This document shows, one piece after another, positions 12,001 to 24,581 of a stretch of 64,000 nucleotides of DNA (position 1 is its first letter; every line of letters begins with the position of its first letter). The notes beneath the pieces were generated by a model that saw nothing but the letters and a program-made list of their open reading frames with translations, did not search any database and was not told the origin of the DNA. This DNA is from Callorhinchus milii (taxonomy: Eukaryota), in assembly GCF_018977255.1 (NCBI RefSeq), contig NW_024704744.1, forward strand, positions 80,228,001 to 80,292,000, given 5' to 3'. The translations under genes were made by a program, and so were the position numbers.

Positions 12001-15000
12001 AGAAGAGTCAGTGGATAAGGATAGAGTGGTCAACGATGTCTAAGGTAGCAGAGAGGTCAAGGAGTATGGGGAGGCAGAGGGAGCCCTGGTCACAGATGGA
12101 CAGCATGTCATTTGTCACTTTGACCAGGGCTGTTTCTGTGCTGTGGACGGTACGGAAACCCAATTGGTGGGGTTTCAGAAGGGAGTGGCCAGAGAGGAAG
12201 GAGCAAAGCTGGGAAGCAACGTCTTGTTAATGGAGTTTGGAGATGGGGCGGTAGTTTGAGAGTAGGGAGGGTTTTTTAAGGACAGGAGTGATGATGCCTT
12301 TTTTAGTGGTGCGGGAATAGTACCAGTGGACAGGGAGAGATTTATGATGTCTGCGAGTAGAGGGGCAAGGAGGTGGAGCTGGGAGGTAAGGAGTGGGGTA
12401 GGGATGGGGTCGAGGGAGCAGGTAGTTGGTTTCATGCCGGTTATAATGGTAGTGAGAGACAGGTTCGAAGGTGTGGAGGGAGGGAGGGATGGGAGAGGGA
12501 GATGGGGAGGGTGTAGTAGATGGAAGGGCAGAGGCAGCTGAGTGGATCCCCTCAATTTTGGATTGGAGGAAGTTCAGCATCGCCTTGCAGGTGGCATTGG
12601 AGTTGAGGATGGGCGAGGTGTGAGAGGGTGGGCAGAGGAACCGGTTGGTGATGGAGAAGAGGAATCTAGGGTTGTCTTTGGCCTCCAAGACTGTGTTGGA
12701 GTAGAATGACGATTTAGCAGAGGCGAGGGCGGAGTGGTTGGATTTGGTAAGATCCAGCCAGATATGCCAATGGACCGTTAAGTTGGATTTCAGCCAGGTG
12801 AGTTCAGCGGCATGCAACTGTGCCTTAAGGGAGCGGAGGTGGCTGTGTACCATGGTGACTTACGTGAATAGGAGACGGTTCGTGAAGAGAGGGGAGCAAG
12901 GGAATCGAGAGTGGAGGAAATGGATCTGTGGAGAAGAGTGACTGAGGAGGATAGGCCATTGCGGAAGGAAGCCCAGAGGGGAAGGAGTTCAGATGACTCC
13001 AAGGCAGCCGAGAGGGAGGGGAGGGAGATTTGTTTTCCAGCTGATCATGGCTGATCTGTACCTCAACTCCAATTATCGACCATTGCTCCATAATTCTTGA
13101 AACCCTTACCTAACAAAAATGTATCCACCTCCGTCTTGAAAATTTGAATGGATCCAGCATCTACAGCCTTTTGGAGGAGAGGGTTCCAGATTTCCACTAC
13201 CATTTACGTATATATTTTAAAAAAAAGCTTCCTGATTTCACTCCTAAATGGCGTAGCTCTAATGTTAAGATTGTGCCTCCTTGTTCTGGATTCCCCCACC
13301 CGAGGAAATAATTTTTCTGTAGCTACCTTATCAAATCCCTTCATCATTTTAAACGCCTCAATCAGATCACCTCTCAAACTTCTAAACTCAAGGAAATATA
13401 AGCCAAGTTTATACAACCTGTCCTCATAATTTAACTCTTTAAGCTCTGGTACCATTCTGGTGAACGACAAACCCATTCCCAGGTTTGAATGAAAAAAACC
13501 TCACTGAGCCTCGCAGCACCCACATTAGCAAATATTTCTTGAATTGAATATTATAATAATAATAGTAATAATAATCCTTGCATTTGATATAGCGCTTTAT
13601 AATGTCATTAAGACGTCTCAAAGCACTTCACAGAATATATTGTAAAGTGAAATTGACTGTATATTTTGTGAGCGAAAATGCGACCACTAATTGCGCACAG
13701 CAGTGTCCCACAAACCGTCGTGGATTGAGCGACCAAATTGATAATTATTTATTTTTTAAGGGATTATTACCCCCAGAAAGCGACCCACCAATCAACTAAC
13801 AACCAGGTTCTTACTTGCTGTCAGGGGCAGAGAATCAACCCACACAGATCTTGTCTGAAGCACTGATTGTCCAGCTCCTTGGGACATCCTCCCGACATGA
13901 AAGGCGCTATACAAATGTAATTTGGTGGTTGTTGTTAACCCTGCTAGTCAAAGCCCTAATAGGTAAGGTGGTCCTAGCTGGACAAGCAGAGGGTGAGCTT
14001 GCCAGACAGTGATATCAATGGCAAGGGTACTGCAGTACCCCAACGCACACTCTGGAGTCCCCAAGCATTGGCTCTCGCCTACGTGTGCCTAACACTTTAC
14101 GGAATTAAGTAAACAGGATGCATCCCTCCGTTCCAACAATCTATCTCTGGAATTTCCATGTGTAGGTGGGATGCATGAAATTCTCAGTTTGGTTTGGATA
14201 CTCTTAAGCACGGTGATGGGTTCCTGCATGTGTCAGACACCTGGCTGACCTCCCCCCAAAAATCGCTTCTCAGGTTCATTCTGGTCTCTCCTGGTCCTGG
14301 GAATAGGTGGTGCAACGTGACTGATGGTGTGATGGACGATAAGTTGATGGGTCGGATGATGGTGTCTCTGATTGACTAACTGACTGATTGTCTCCTCTGG
14401 TCTCTCCTAGTTCTGGCAGTATGGGGAGTGGGTGGATGTGGTGATCGATGACCAGCTGCCCACCAAGGATGGAGAGCTAATGTTTGTCCACTCGGACGAG
14501 CAGAATGAGTTCTGGAGCGCGCTGCTGGAGAAAGCTTACGCCAAGTAGGTCACTTCATCACTGATGTCTCTTGCTCAATATCAGCAGCACCTTCATAAAA
14601 ATAATAATGATCGTTGCATTTGTTACAATGCCCTTCATGTCGGGAACAAGTCCCAAAGCGCTTCACAGGATTTACTGTGGGGAGGAGTGACTGCAGAAAC
14701 TCCCTTCTCTTTTGGAATAGTGTCATGGAATCTTTAACGTACTCCTGAGCAGGCAGTCGGGGCCTCAGTTTAACGTCATCTCATTGAAGGACGATGCAAC
14801 ACCCCCCCAGCACACCATTGGAGTGTCATCTTAGGTTATGTGAGTTCAAGCCCTGACGTGAGCCTTGGACCTACAACCTTCTGACTCAGAGAAGAGTGCT
14901 ATCACAGCGCAAGGCTGAGACTTCATCAGCACTCGCCATCCTTTACACAGAACCCCCTGCCCCAATTTACATTTATATAGAGTCTTGCATGTCAGGAGGA

Positions 15001-16576
15001 TGTCTCAAAGCACTTTACGCTGCTCACTGGTTACTTCACACTCGAGCTGGGACTTGGGAGCCAGGGGTGTGTGGGAAGGGAAAAGATGACTGACGGGTAC
15101 AATCAAAGAGGTAGATCTTGAATGAGGGGAGGGAGGGAGTCAGAAAGACTAAGGGTGGAGTTTCAGAGAGTGGAGCTGAACGCCATCTGAGTGAAAGGTG
15201 TAACCAGTCAGTAGAGTTGGAGGGCGTTGAAGAAGTAGGATCGAGCGAGATTGGAGGCATTTAAAGGTGAGAACAAGGATCTGCTTTATCTCGATCCGCT
15301 GGGGGAATGGGGAGTCAGAGAAGCCTAGCAAGGGTGGGGTAATAGGCTTGTGAAGGCTGGTGTGGGAGAGGACATGGGCGAGCAGGGTATTAGCGTAGTG
15401 AAGCCTGTTCATGATGTGAGGTTTCGGTGGCTTGAGGGAAATCAGTAATTACTAATTACACTTGTAACCATTTCTCGATGCTTCCACCCAGTATTGTTGT
15501 GGAATCCCGTAACGTAGTAATTTGCACCCTCACCACAAGTGAGAGGACTCAGATTTCATTCCCGGGCAAGGTGAAACCTTAGGCAAGTTTCCTTGATCCA
15601 AATGCCTTTGTTCACCTAACATATAATAATCCCTCAAAAACAGTTTGGTCAGTGAATCCATGACTATTTGTGGAACGTTGCTGGGTGCAATTGGCTGCCA
15701 TATTTCACGCACAAAATTCACTTTTCAATATATTCTGTGAAATACTTTGAGACATCTCAACTATGTGATGAGGCGCTATATCAAATGCAAACACCAGCTT
15801 AGCCCCCAGTGTGTCTTTATAGACTTCTCTATCAGGATTCACATTTCCTGCTTGTTCCCACATATACTATATTCCAAAACGCTATCAACAATGATATACC
15901 AATCAGTGAATTCACGATCGATCGCTGCAATGACAATCTCAAAGACAGATGCTGCAATTGCAATCCCAGTCAATTGCTGAAATCCCTTTCACTGAAATAA
16001 CGTGACCGTGCTGCTTTTTACAAAGAATGTACAGCACGGAAAAGGACCGCTCGGCCCAACCAGTTTGTGCCAGGACTGCTTGTGCTTTGCGTGTAGCATG
16101 CTGCGTTGTGTGTAGCGTGACCTGTGTATTTTTGTTACACAGGCTGAATGGATCGTATGAGGCTCTATCGGGTGGATCGACGACCGAGGGGTTTGAGGAC
16201 TTCACGGGGGGCGTGTCAGAGTGGTACGAGCTGAACAAGGCCCCTGCGGACCTTTTTCACATCATCGAGAAGGCGCTGAAGAGGGGCTCACTGCTCGGCT
16301 GCTCCATCAATGTGAGTAGCAACCTCAGAGCACAGAGACCCTGGGGGTGGCACGGCGACCCTGGGGGCACACAGCGACCGGTGGGGGGTGGGAAGGTCAC
16401 ACAACCATCCAGTGCCTTGGACACCTTCTGAGTGCACAACTAAGCCCAGCCCCTAGTTCTGGCACGCAAACCTTCACTCGCAGACATTACTATACACCCT
16501 GCACATGGTGGCACACGTTACCGTACTCTGCACATGGTGACACACACACGTTACTGCTGTGTACTCGGCACATGGT

Positions 16577-16613
<37 letters not shown>

Positions 16614-19600
16614 CCATGGTCATGTTGCTCTGCTCTCAGATCACGAGTGCATCAGAGACCGAGGCGATCACCCCCGAGAAGCTGGTGAAAGGTCACGCCT
16701 ATTCCATCACTGGAGCACAGGAGGTGGGTACTCGCTTGCTGATACACTGCCCCACACGGCGGGGGGGGGCAAACGGAGGGTAATACGTTGGGGGGAGGAG
16801 CTTTGGAAGCTGGGTCAGCCAACAGAGTGAGTGAGAGGCATGCAGAGATCTGCAGAGGATCAGTACAGATGAGGTGTGATCAGAGAGCACAAGGAGGGAG
16901 AGAGAATGAGGGGGAAGAGTGAGGGAAAAGAGAGAGTGGCGAGGAGAGAAGGGGAGAGCGCCAGCGAGATGGAGGAGGGCGCCAGCCAGGCAAGGGGGGA
17001 GGGCGCCAGCCAGGCGGGGGGGGAGGGCGCCAGCCAGGAGGGGGGGGAGGGCGCCAGCCAGGAGGGGGGGGAGGGCGCCAGCCAGGCGGGGGGGGGAGGG
17101 CGCCAGCCAGGCGGGGGGGGGAGGGCGCCAGCCAGGCGGGGGGGGGAGGGCGCCAGCCAGGCGGGGGGGGAGGGCGCCAGCCAGGCGGGGGGGGGAGGGC
17201 GCCAGCCAGGCGGGGGGGGAGGGCGCCAGCCAGGCGGGGGGGGAGGGCGCCAGCCAGGCGGGGGGGGAGGGCGCCAGCCAGGCGGGGGGGAGGGCGCCAG
17301 CCAGGCGGGGGGGAGGGCGCCAGCCAGGCGGGGGGGCAGGGCGCCAGCCAGGCGGGGGGGGCAGGGCGCCAGCCAGGCGGGGGGGCAGGGCGCCAGCCAG
17401 GCGGGGGGGGCAGGGCGCCAGCCAGGCGGGGGGGCAGGGCGCCAGCCAGGCGGGGGGGCAGGGCGCCAGCCAGGCGGGGGGGGCAGGGCGCCAGCCAGGC
17501 GGTGGGGGAGGGCGCCAGCCAGAGATGGTGGGGGGGGGAGGGCGCCAGCCAGAGATGGTGGGGGGGGGGAGAAGCGGAGAAGGGGGTGGAGGGGTATTAG
17601 AAGGTGGGAAGGCGGCAGAGGCAGTCCTGTGCTGATGGGATGCCCTTGTCTCAGGTTCGGTTCCGCGGGTCCCAGGTGCAGTTGATCCGGATCAGGAACC
17701 CCTGGGGGCAGGTGGAGTGGACGGGAGCCTGGAGTGACAGGTGAGTGAGTTACTACCGGAAGAGAGCGGACCGGGGTAGGTAAGGGAGGGGGCTTGAGGG
17801 GGGGTGTCTGTCTAGCAGGGGAGGGATCACAGTGCTAACGTGTAGTTTATATGTGAACCAGCTCCTCGCATTGGAACTCAGTGTCACCACAGGATGCAGC
17901 CGATCTTCGGAATCGCGCCGAGGATGGAGAATTCTGGTAAATAATAATCCTTGCATTTCATATAGAGCCTTATCACATCGTTGAGACATCTCAAAACGCT
18001 TCACGGGATATACTGTGAAGTGAATTGACTGTATATTTTGTGGGCAAAACATTGACAATGAACAATCCTAGATAACAATCCTAGATAACATTTGTTAAAT
18101 AATATTCATAAATAACATTAATAAAATAATAATCCATGCATTTGAAATAGAACTTTTTACGTCTTCTAGATATCTCAAAGTGCTTCACAGAATATACTGT
18201 AAAGTGTTACATTTGTGGGTGAAACACAACAGCTACAAATAGTCGTGGATTGAAGTGACCAATTTGTTATCGTATTTTTTTCTTGAGAGTTTATTATCAG
18301 GCGTGTGGGGTAAGGAAACTTGCCCAAGGTTTTGCCCTGTCAGGAATCGAACACAGGTCTCTCGCTTGTGAGGCGAGTGCTCTAAACGCTGAGCTACAGG
18401 ACTCCATTAATAAGCGAATATTGGTGGTAGTGAGAGAGGGAGAGAGTGGAAGGATGGCAAGTGCAGTTCAACAAAGCCAAGCTTGAGTGTCTTCTTTCCC
18501 TTCCTGCTTCTTGTTTCTTTCGTTCCCCTGAATTCCTGTCTCTGCTGGAGATCGCAAATCTGGGAGCTCAGTGGGGAAGTTCTAGAGGCAGAGATGAGCA
18601 AAGGGGCTTGGATATAATAATGATAATCCTTGCATTTGATATAGAGCCTTATCACGTCGTTGAGACATCTCAAAGAGCTTCAGATTATATTGTAAAGTGG
18701 ATTGACTGTATTTTATGGACGAAATGCAGCAGACAATTGCGATAGCAATATCCCACAAACAGTCATGGATTGAGTGACCAAATTCTTATGTTTACTAGGT
18801 TCCTACTTACTGCTAGGTAAACAGAGATGTGTGGAATAAGGAAACTTGCCTAAGGTTTCGCCCTGCCTGGGAATCGAACCCGGGTCCTCTCGCTTGCGAG
18901 GCGAGCGCGCTAACCACTACGCTACACGACTAGTCCCAAGGCCCGTGGATGTGTGAGTGAAACATCTCAATGAAAGCGTGTACCCAGGTGCAGAGAGCAA
19001 ATGGAAAGCTGGGATTCATTGTGAGAATAGAGAACCAGTGAAGTAGTGGGTGAGGTCATACAGTAATCTGGTGAGGCCACACGTACACTGCCTACATGTG
19101 TATTTTGGCTCTGTAGAGAGTGCCGCATGTGTTCACGAGGATATCAGGGTATTAGGGAGGGAAAGGTTCATTATTGTGAAAGGCTGATCTTCCGTTCTTA
19201 CCCTCCCTGGACCACTCTCCTGCCCGGCAGTGCTGGACAATACATAACTCATGTTTTATTGGCTGATTGTCTCTCAGGATGTCGTTCTCGGACTTTAAGA
19301 GGCACTATTCTCGGGTTGAGATCTGTAACCTGACGCCTGACACCCTCACCTCCGACAAGATCCTCAAATGGAACTGTGCCTTGTTCAGTGAGAGCTGGAG
19401 ACGTGGCTCCACAGCTGGAGGCTGCCGGAACTTCCCAGGTACAGGACAACCACTGCCTGTCCAGGCTCCCCCCTTCCCCCCCGAGACCATGGTCTCGCCC
19501 CCTCGTCCTCCCTCCCGAGACCACAGCTGCCCCTCCACCGAGACGCACCCCCCCCCCACCTGCCCGAGACAGCAGCTGTCCCCCCGCCCGAGACCGCGGT

Positions 19601-22600
19601 GAGCACCCTCATATAATCAATCGTTCTCTCTGCCCCTCCAACAGCCACCTTCTGGATGAACCCCCAGTTTAAGATGGTGCTGGAGGAAATCGACGATGAT
19701 GGACGAGGGGAGGACGGCTGCAGCGTCCTGGTGGCTCTGATCCAGAAAAACCGAAGGAACCTGAGGAAGATGGGCGAGGACATGCACACTGTGGGCTTCG
19801 CCATCTATGAGGCACGTCACTGTCCAGCCAGGGTTCAGAGCATGACGCAGACCAGTAGTAATAGTAGTTACGCTGCAGTTGAGTGTGGTGTGGTTAGGTT
19901 CTACTTAAGTTGTAGTTGAATAATGGTGTGGTTGAGTTACAGTGTAGTTAGTTTCCAGTTGAGTTACAGTGTAGTTAGGTTCCAGTTGAGTTACCTTCAT
20001 TAACCTGCGGGAGATCAAAGTCATAGATGGTAATTGGGGTATGGTGTAGTTACAGTATGGATCACTGTATGGATACACTAACTATTATTCTTTTCTCTGC
20101 AGGTCCCTGATGAGGTATGTTGGTTGCCATCTGACTCCTGTCTACGATCACTGGTCTGAGATTTAACCCTTATTTTTACTAGGTTCCTACTTACTGCTAG
20201 GTAAACAGAGATGTGTGGAATAAGGAAACTTGCCTAAGGTTTCGCCCTGCCTGTTTGACTGTTGGAGGAATGAAGGGGTTAGGTCGAGGGCCAAGCACTT
20301 CCTTACCCGATGTCACCAGTTGGGTGATATTTCACCTTTGTAGTATAGTCGTTCCTCATCCCAGGTCCCATATCCATGCCAGTCAGCCTCCTGACCTCTC
20401 TCCCTACTCCGCTACCGCTGCTTTTGTTCGGCTTGCTCTGCCCTCCTGCTTGACCCTCGTCCCTTCTACTCCATCATCGGCAGCCGCACTTTCAGACACT
20501 ACCCTCCAAAACTTTGGAACTCTCCCCCAAACCCTCCACCTTGCCCCCTCCTATCCCTCTTTTAGATCATGACTGAAGACCTTCCTCTTCAACTATGGTT
20601 ACTGTCACTTCCTTTCCCTCCCCTGTGTCGGCGCTGGGCTCCATCATTGCTAAACGCACCGAGATGCTGTCCTGTTTGAAAGGGCGCTATATAAATGCAA
20701 GTCATCATTGCTGTTGTTCCTGTGTATCATTTCACACTCACAGGGGTGAGACGTGAGGTGCCAATTATGCCATAGCAGAAATGGTCTGTTTGAGCGTGGA
20801 TTACATCATCTGGCCGACGTTGGGCTGGTGATGTCGGCGGGGGCTGTGGGCTGGTGGTGCCAGGGGGTGCTGTGGGCTGGTGATGCCGGCGGGGGCTGTG
20901 GGCTGGTGATGCCGGCGGGGGCTGTGGGCTGGTGGTGCACCTCCTGTCTTGTTCTCAGGGCTCAGAGTGCTATGATTGTCGCCTTCTGTACTCGGTGACC
21001 ATCCCATGTCCCTTCCTGTCCTGACAGTACAAAGGGGTCACAAACGTGCACCTGGAGAAAAGCTACTTCATAACACATGGATCAAAAGCACGATCCGAGA
21101 CCTTCATTAACCTACGGGAGGTCTCAGCCCGGTTCTGCCTGCCCCCCGGAGAGTACCTGGTTGTCCCCTCCACTTTCGAACCCAACCAAAATGGGGACTT
21201 TGCTCTGCGCGTCTACACAGAGAAACGGGCTGACACTCAGTAAGTAAATGGGGGAGAAATTGGTGTGTTGGAAGGATTCTGGGTGCGTTGGGGCGGCGGG
21301 GGGTGTCTAGGAGATAATCACTAAGAATGTGATGGGGTTGGAGGGGCTGGGCGACATGTTTTGGGGTGTCCCAGGTGCCGGGGCTGTTCCCAGACTCTCG
21401 CATACACTCACTGTGGGACATTAAGGCTCTCACATACACTTACTGTGGGACATGAAGCTCTCGGATACACTCACTGTGGGACAGCGAGGCTCTCTCTGAT
21501 TAATATCGTGTCTGAGGTCAAAAATTCTCTGTTCCCAGCACAATGGACATTGACCAGGTGTATGCAACCTTCGATGATGAGGTACTGTGTATGTCTACGT
21601 GTGCGTGTCTCTGTCTGTGCGTGTATCTCTCGCTCTGTGTGTGACTGTCTGTGTGTGTGTCTGTCTGTGTGCCTTTGTGTGTGTGTGTCTGTCTGTCTCA
21701 GAGTCTTTGTTTCTCAGACGTCTCCCCTTGTTTCAGGTTGATGTTCAGGAGTCCGATGTGAGCAGCAACTTCAGGAGTATGTTTGAAAAACTCGCTGGAG
21801 AGGTCAGCTCCCTTGAAGCGTCAACCTCCCCCCATCACTCTCAGCCTCTTGCACTCAATCTTCCACTCACCCTCATCCCCTCACACTCAACCTACCCCAT
21901 TCACTCTCCTCCCAATTCGCCCTCCGTTTCGCCCATTTACCCTCGTCCTTCCCTCCATTGCCCTCCCTCATTGCCCTCACCCCCCCTCGTCTTCACTCCT
22001 CTGTGTTCATGCCCTTTGACTGTAATGTGGGGGCGCAGGTTCAGAGGATGATGATAAGCCAATAGTGGTGGTTTTGGTTGTCAGAGCCGGAGACACTGAT
22101 GGGGCCAAGAACTGCTTTCCATCTCGTCCATATTTAATTTTAAGAAATTTTGTCTCATCCAACTAATGTTTGCTTCTCATCTGCTTAGGACAAGGAAATC
22201 TCGGTATTCGAGCTCCAGAAAATACTGAACAAAATCATGTCCAAACGTGAGTATCCGTGGCAAAGGCCATCCCAGACATCAGTCCACCATTCACATTCAT
22301 CTTTAATCATCAATAATCTCCCATTACCATTCTTTGTCAATGGGTCACAATCCTGAAACTCTATTTAACACATCATCAGTCTGGTTCGGTCAGAGGAACT
22401 CTTGCCTTTGAGTCAGAAGATTGTGGGTTGAAACTGCATCTCAGGGACTTTGAGATCAGTCCACACTGACAGTATTAGTGCAGTGCTAGGGATGTCCTGC
22501 ATTATCAGAGGTGCCATCCTTTGGACAAGACGTTAAAATTGTGTGGCACTACTTGGAAAGAAAAAGGAGTTTCTCTCTGTGTCTGGCCAACAATCTCTCC

Positions 22601-24241
22601 CCCCACCCCAAAAAAAAAAATTGGTCATTGACTTCATGGCTGTTGGTGGGATACTGCTAACCCCTCCTCTCCACAGGCACTGACATCAAGACGGATGGAT
22701 TCGGGCTGGAGTCGTGCCGCAACATGGTGCATCTGGTGGACGTATCTTTCTGTGTGCTGGGTGGGGGGGGGGGGTGGCCTAGGCGTGTGTGGGTACGCGC
22801 GTATATGCCCAGGGCATGGCTGGGGGAGCTGTTGGCACAGATTGATTTTCTTTAAGTACTTTGAAACAGAAAGACGGGAACGGAAAGATGGGATTGGTGG
22901 AATTCCAGAAACTGTGGAACAAGGTGCAGAAGTTCCTGGTGAGATCACGTCGCTCTGAGTTCATCTCATCGCCCTGGCTTCTCACCACCGCTTGGTGTGT
23001 CTGCATGCGTGGGGAGGGAGAGAAAAGAGAGTGGGCAGAGAGAAAGAGAAGTGGTGGGGGACGGAGGGGACAGAGAGACAGAGGGCGGATAGAGAGAAAT
23101 GAGGGAGAGAAAGGGAGGGAGTGGGATATGGGTGAGAATGGGGAGATATGGAGGGGAGAGAGTGCGGGAGGTTGGAGGTGGGATGCAGAGGGCAGAGAAC
23201 TGATGCTGGTTTTTATATTACAGAAAATCTATAAAAATAATGACCTGGATCAGTCGGGAACAATGAACTCGAGTGAAATGAGAGTGGCTGTGGAGGAGGC
23301 TGGTGAGTCAGAGCCCAGTGATTCTCATACAGAAACACCAACACATTCACACAAATGCTAATATAATAATAATCCTTGCATTTGATACAGCGCCTTACCA
23401 GGTCTCCGAGACGTCTCAAAGCGCTTCACAGAATATACTGTAAAATTAATTGACTATATTTTGTGGGCAAAATATGCTCACGCAGCCCAAAGTGTCATCC
23501 TCACGCTCCTCTGTCATCCTCACATTCATCCCACAGATTCACACACACCCTCACTCTTTTCTCTCCAGGTTTTCACCTGAATAATAAACTCTGTCAGATC
23601 ATCGTTTCTCGTTACTATGACAGTGACGACCTCACCCTGGACTTTGATAACTTTGTTTCCTGTCTTGTCCGCCTGGAGCTGGTGTTCAGTAAGTGACCCA
23701 TTTCCACCTGTTGTAGACTCAGGACTCCCAATTCCACTCAGCACAGAGTGGAGATTCCAAATCCCACTCGCCATAGGATGGGGATTCTGTGGGATGGGGA
23801 TTCCCAATCAGATTTGGCACAGATTTGGCATTCTCAATCCCATCCAATGCAGTGAGCAGAATTCTGTGGGGGTGGGGAAGGGAGGGGGTTGGGGCTACTT
23901 ATCAAAGACGCAGTCGGTCGAAGGACTCAGCTGGTTGGTAGGGGGGGTGCCTACATAGTCAGTTGGAGGGCAGAGAGCAGCGTCAGGCTCTGACTGCTTT
24001 AACTTTTTTTTTTGTAGAGTTGTTCAATTCTCTCCCCAAGGATGAGGAAGGATTCGCTCAACTCAGCATCCTGCAGGTGAGACATCAAGCTGCCTGCACC
24101 CCAGTCTCTCTCTGTCCCTATCTCCACACGTGTTTCGCTCCCCATTCCCACGTCTACCTCGCTGTTTGTCTATCCTTTTGCCCATGTTTGTCACTAAACC
24201 TAGGCATCTCTCCACAGTGGCTCACAATGGTATTGTGCTGA
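6021..24241 (+). CDS. CAPN2: Classical calpain large subunit, calpain-2-like, about 702 aa, 21 coding exons
   Basis: Exons 6021-6257, 7278-7347, 8579-8697, 14411-14544, 16143-16311, 16640-16723, 17655-17740, 17862-17936, 19278-19438, 19645-19811, 20103-20114, 21028-21239, 21539-21581, 21737-21802, 22189-22246, 22677-22741, 22870-22938, 23224-23302, 23569-23688, 24018-24076, 24218-24241 join in frame (2109 nt). Catalytic triad QGSLGDCW, KGHAY and RNPW; C2-like domain ([23 protein letters not shown]); penta-EF hands ([24 protein letters not shown]). [12 protein letters not shown] is CAPN2-like. Exact orthology (CAPN2, CAPN8 or CAPN11) needs a tree. Confidence 0.9.
6315..6980. repeat. C-rich low-complexity array (CCACCACTCCC)n in calpain intron 1
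   Basis: Visible tandem degenerate units; G-rich on the minus strand. Confidence 0.9.
7036..7270. repeat. 22-bp minisatellite CTCTGTGGTCTCTGACCCTCAC-like
   Basis: About 10-11 tandem copies running up to the exon 2 acceptor. Confidence 0.9.
8740..9330 (+). repeat. Unclassified dispersed repeat family, copy 1
   Basis: GAAACCCATCAC..GCTTAAGA(A/G)TATCCAAACC..GCTTGGGGAC..TTGTCCAGCTAGGACCAC recurs at about 13940-14250 (-), 44480-44900 (+) and 46245-46520 (+). Confidence 0.7.
10645..13030 (-). mobile_element. Degenerate L2-clade LINE ORF2 with a nested 5'-truncated L2 at about 11563-11915
   Basis: [29 protein letters not shown] and NYRPISKL motifs with frameshifts; two L2 3' tails (about 10645-10690 and 11563-11630). 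Confidence 0.9.
13040..13462 (-). mobile_element. CR1-clade LINE 3' fragment
   Basis: [31 protein letters not shown], a typical CR1 ORF2 C-terminus. Confidence 0.85.
13550..13815 (-). mobile_element. SINE (3' part)
   Basis: (ATA)n-ATCCTTGCATTTGATATAGCGC tail and Deu-like core in reverse. Confidence 0.8.
13940..14252 (-). repeat. Unclassified dispersed repeat, inverted copy of 8740-9090
   Basis: Its reverse complement matches TCAGCCAGGTGTCTGACACA...CCCATCACC and GTCCAGCTAGGACCAC. Confidence 0.7.
16955..17570. repeat. GC-rich minisatellite (GAGGGCGCCAGCCAGGCGGGGGGG)n in calpain intron 6
   Basis: About 25 units of 22-24 bp with variable G-run length. Confidence 0.9.
18126..18406 (-). mobile_element. 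tRNA-derived SINE
   Basis: Reverse complement begins GGAGTCCTGTAGCTCAGCGTTTAGAGCACTCGCC. Confidence 0.8.
18614..18930 (-). mobile_element. tRNA-derived SINE
   Basis: A and B boxes (GTAGCGTAGTGGTTAG, GGGTTCGATTCC) on the minus strand plus the L2-type tail. Confidence 0.85.
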
Positions 24242-24575
24242 ATTGTCTCATGGACCAGGTCTCTTCAGTAAGATACTGGAGATAGGAACACAGCTGAGTA
24301 CTGGAGCCTCTGCTTATTGCTGTCTTGTTCCCATCTCTGACCCCAATCAAGTACTGCTGGGGCTCTTTTGGTGGGGGCGATGCTCTGTGCCTTACTGATC
24401 ATTGGGGTTGATCTCAGCGGGGGGTGGTGGTGGTGGTTCCTTTCATTACTGATTGATTACTGGCTCAATCTTTGTGTGTGTGGGGCGGGGGTGGCAGGGC
24501 TCCATGTCTTATTCCTCTCTTAGTTCTGTAATGTGGATTCCGTGCTGCCATTGGTGGTATTTTTACATGATGCAA

Positions 24576-24581
24576 ATTAAA
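24576..24581 (+). terminator. Candidate calpain poly(A) signal ATTAAA
   Basis: About 335 nt after the stop codon, followed by GT-rich sequence. Confidence 0.45.
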
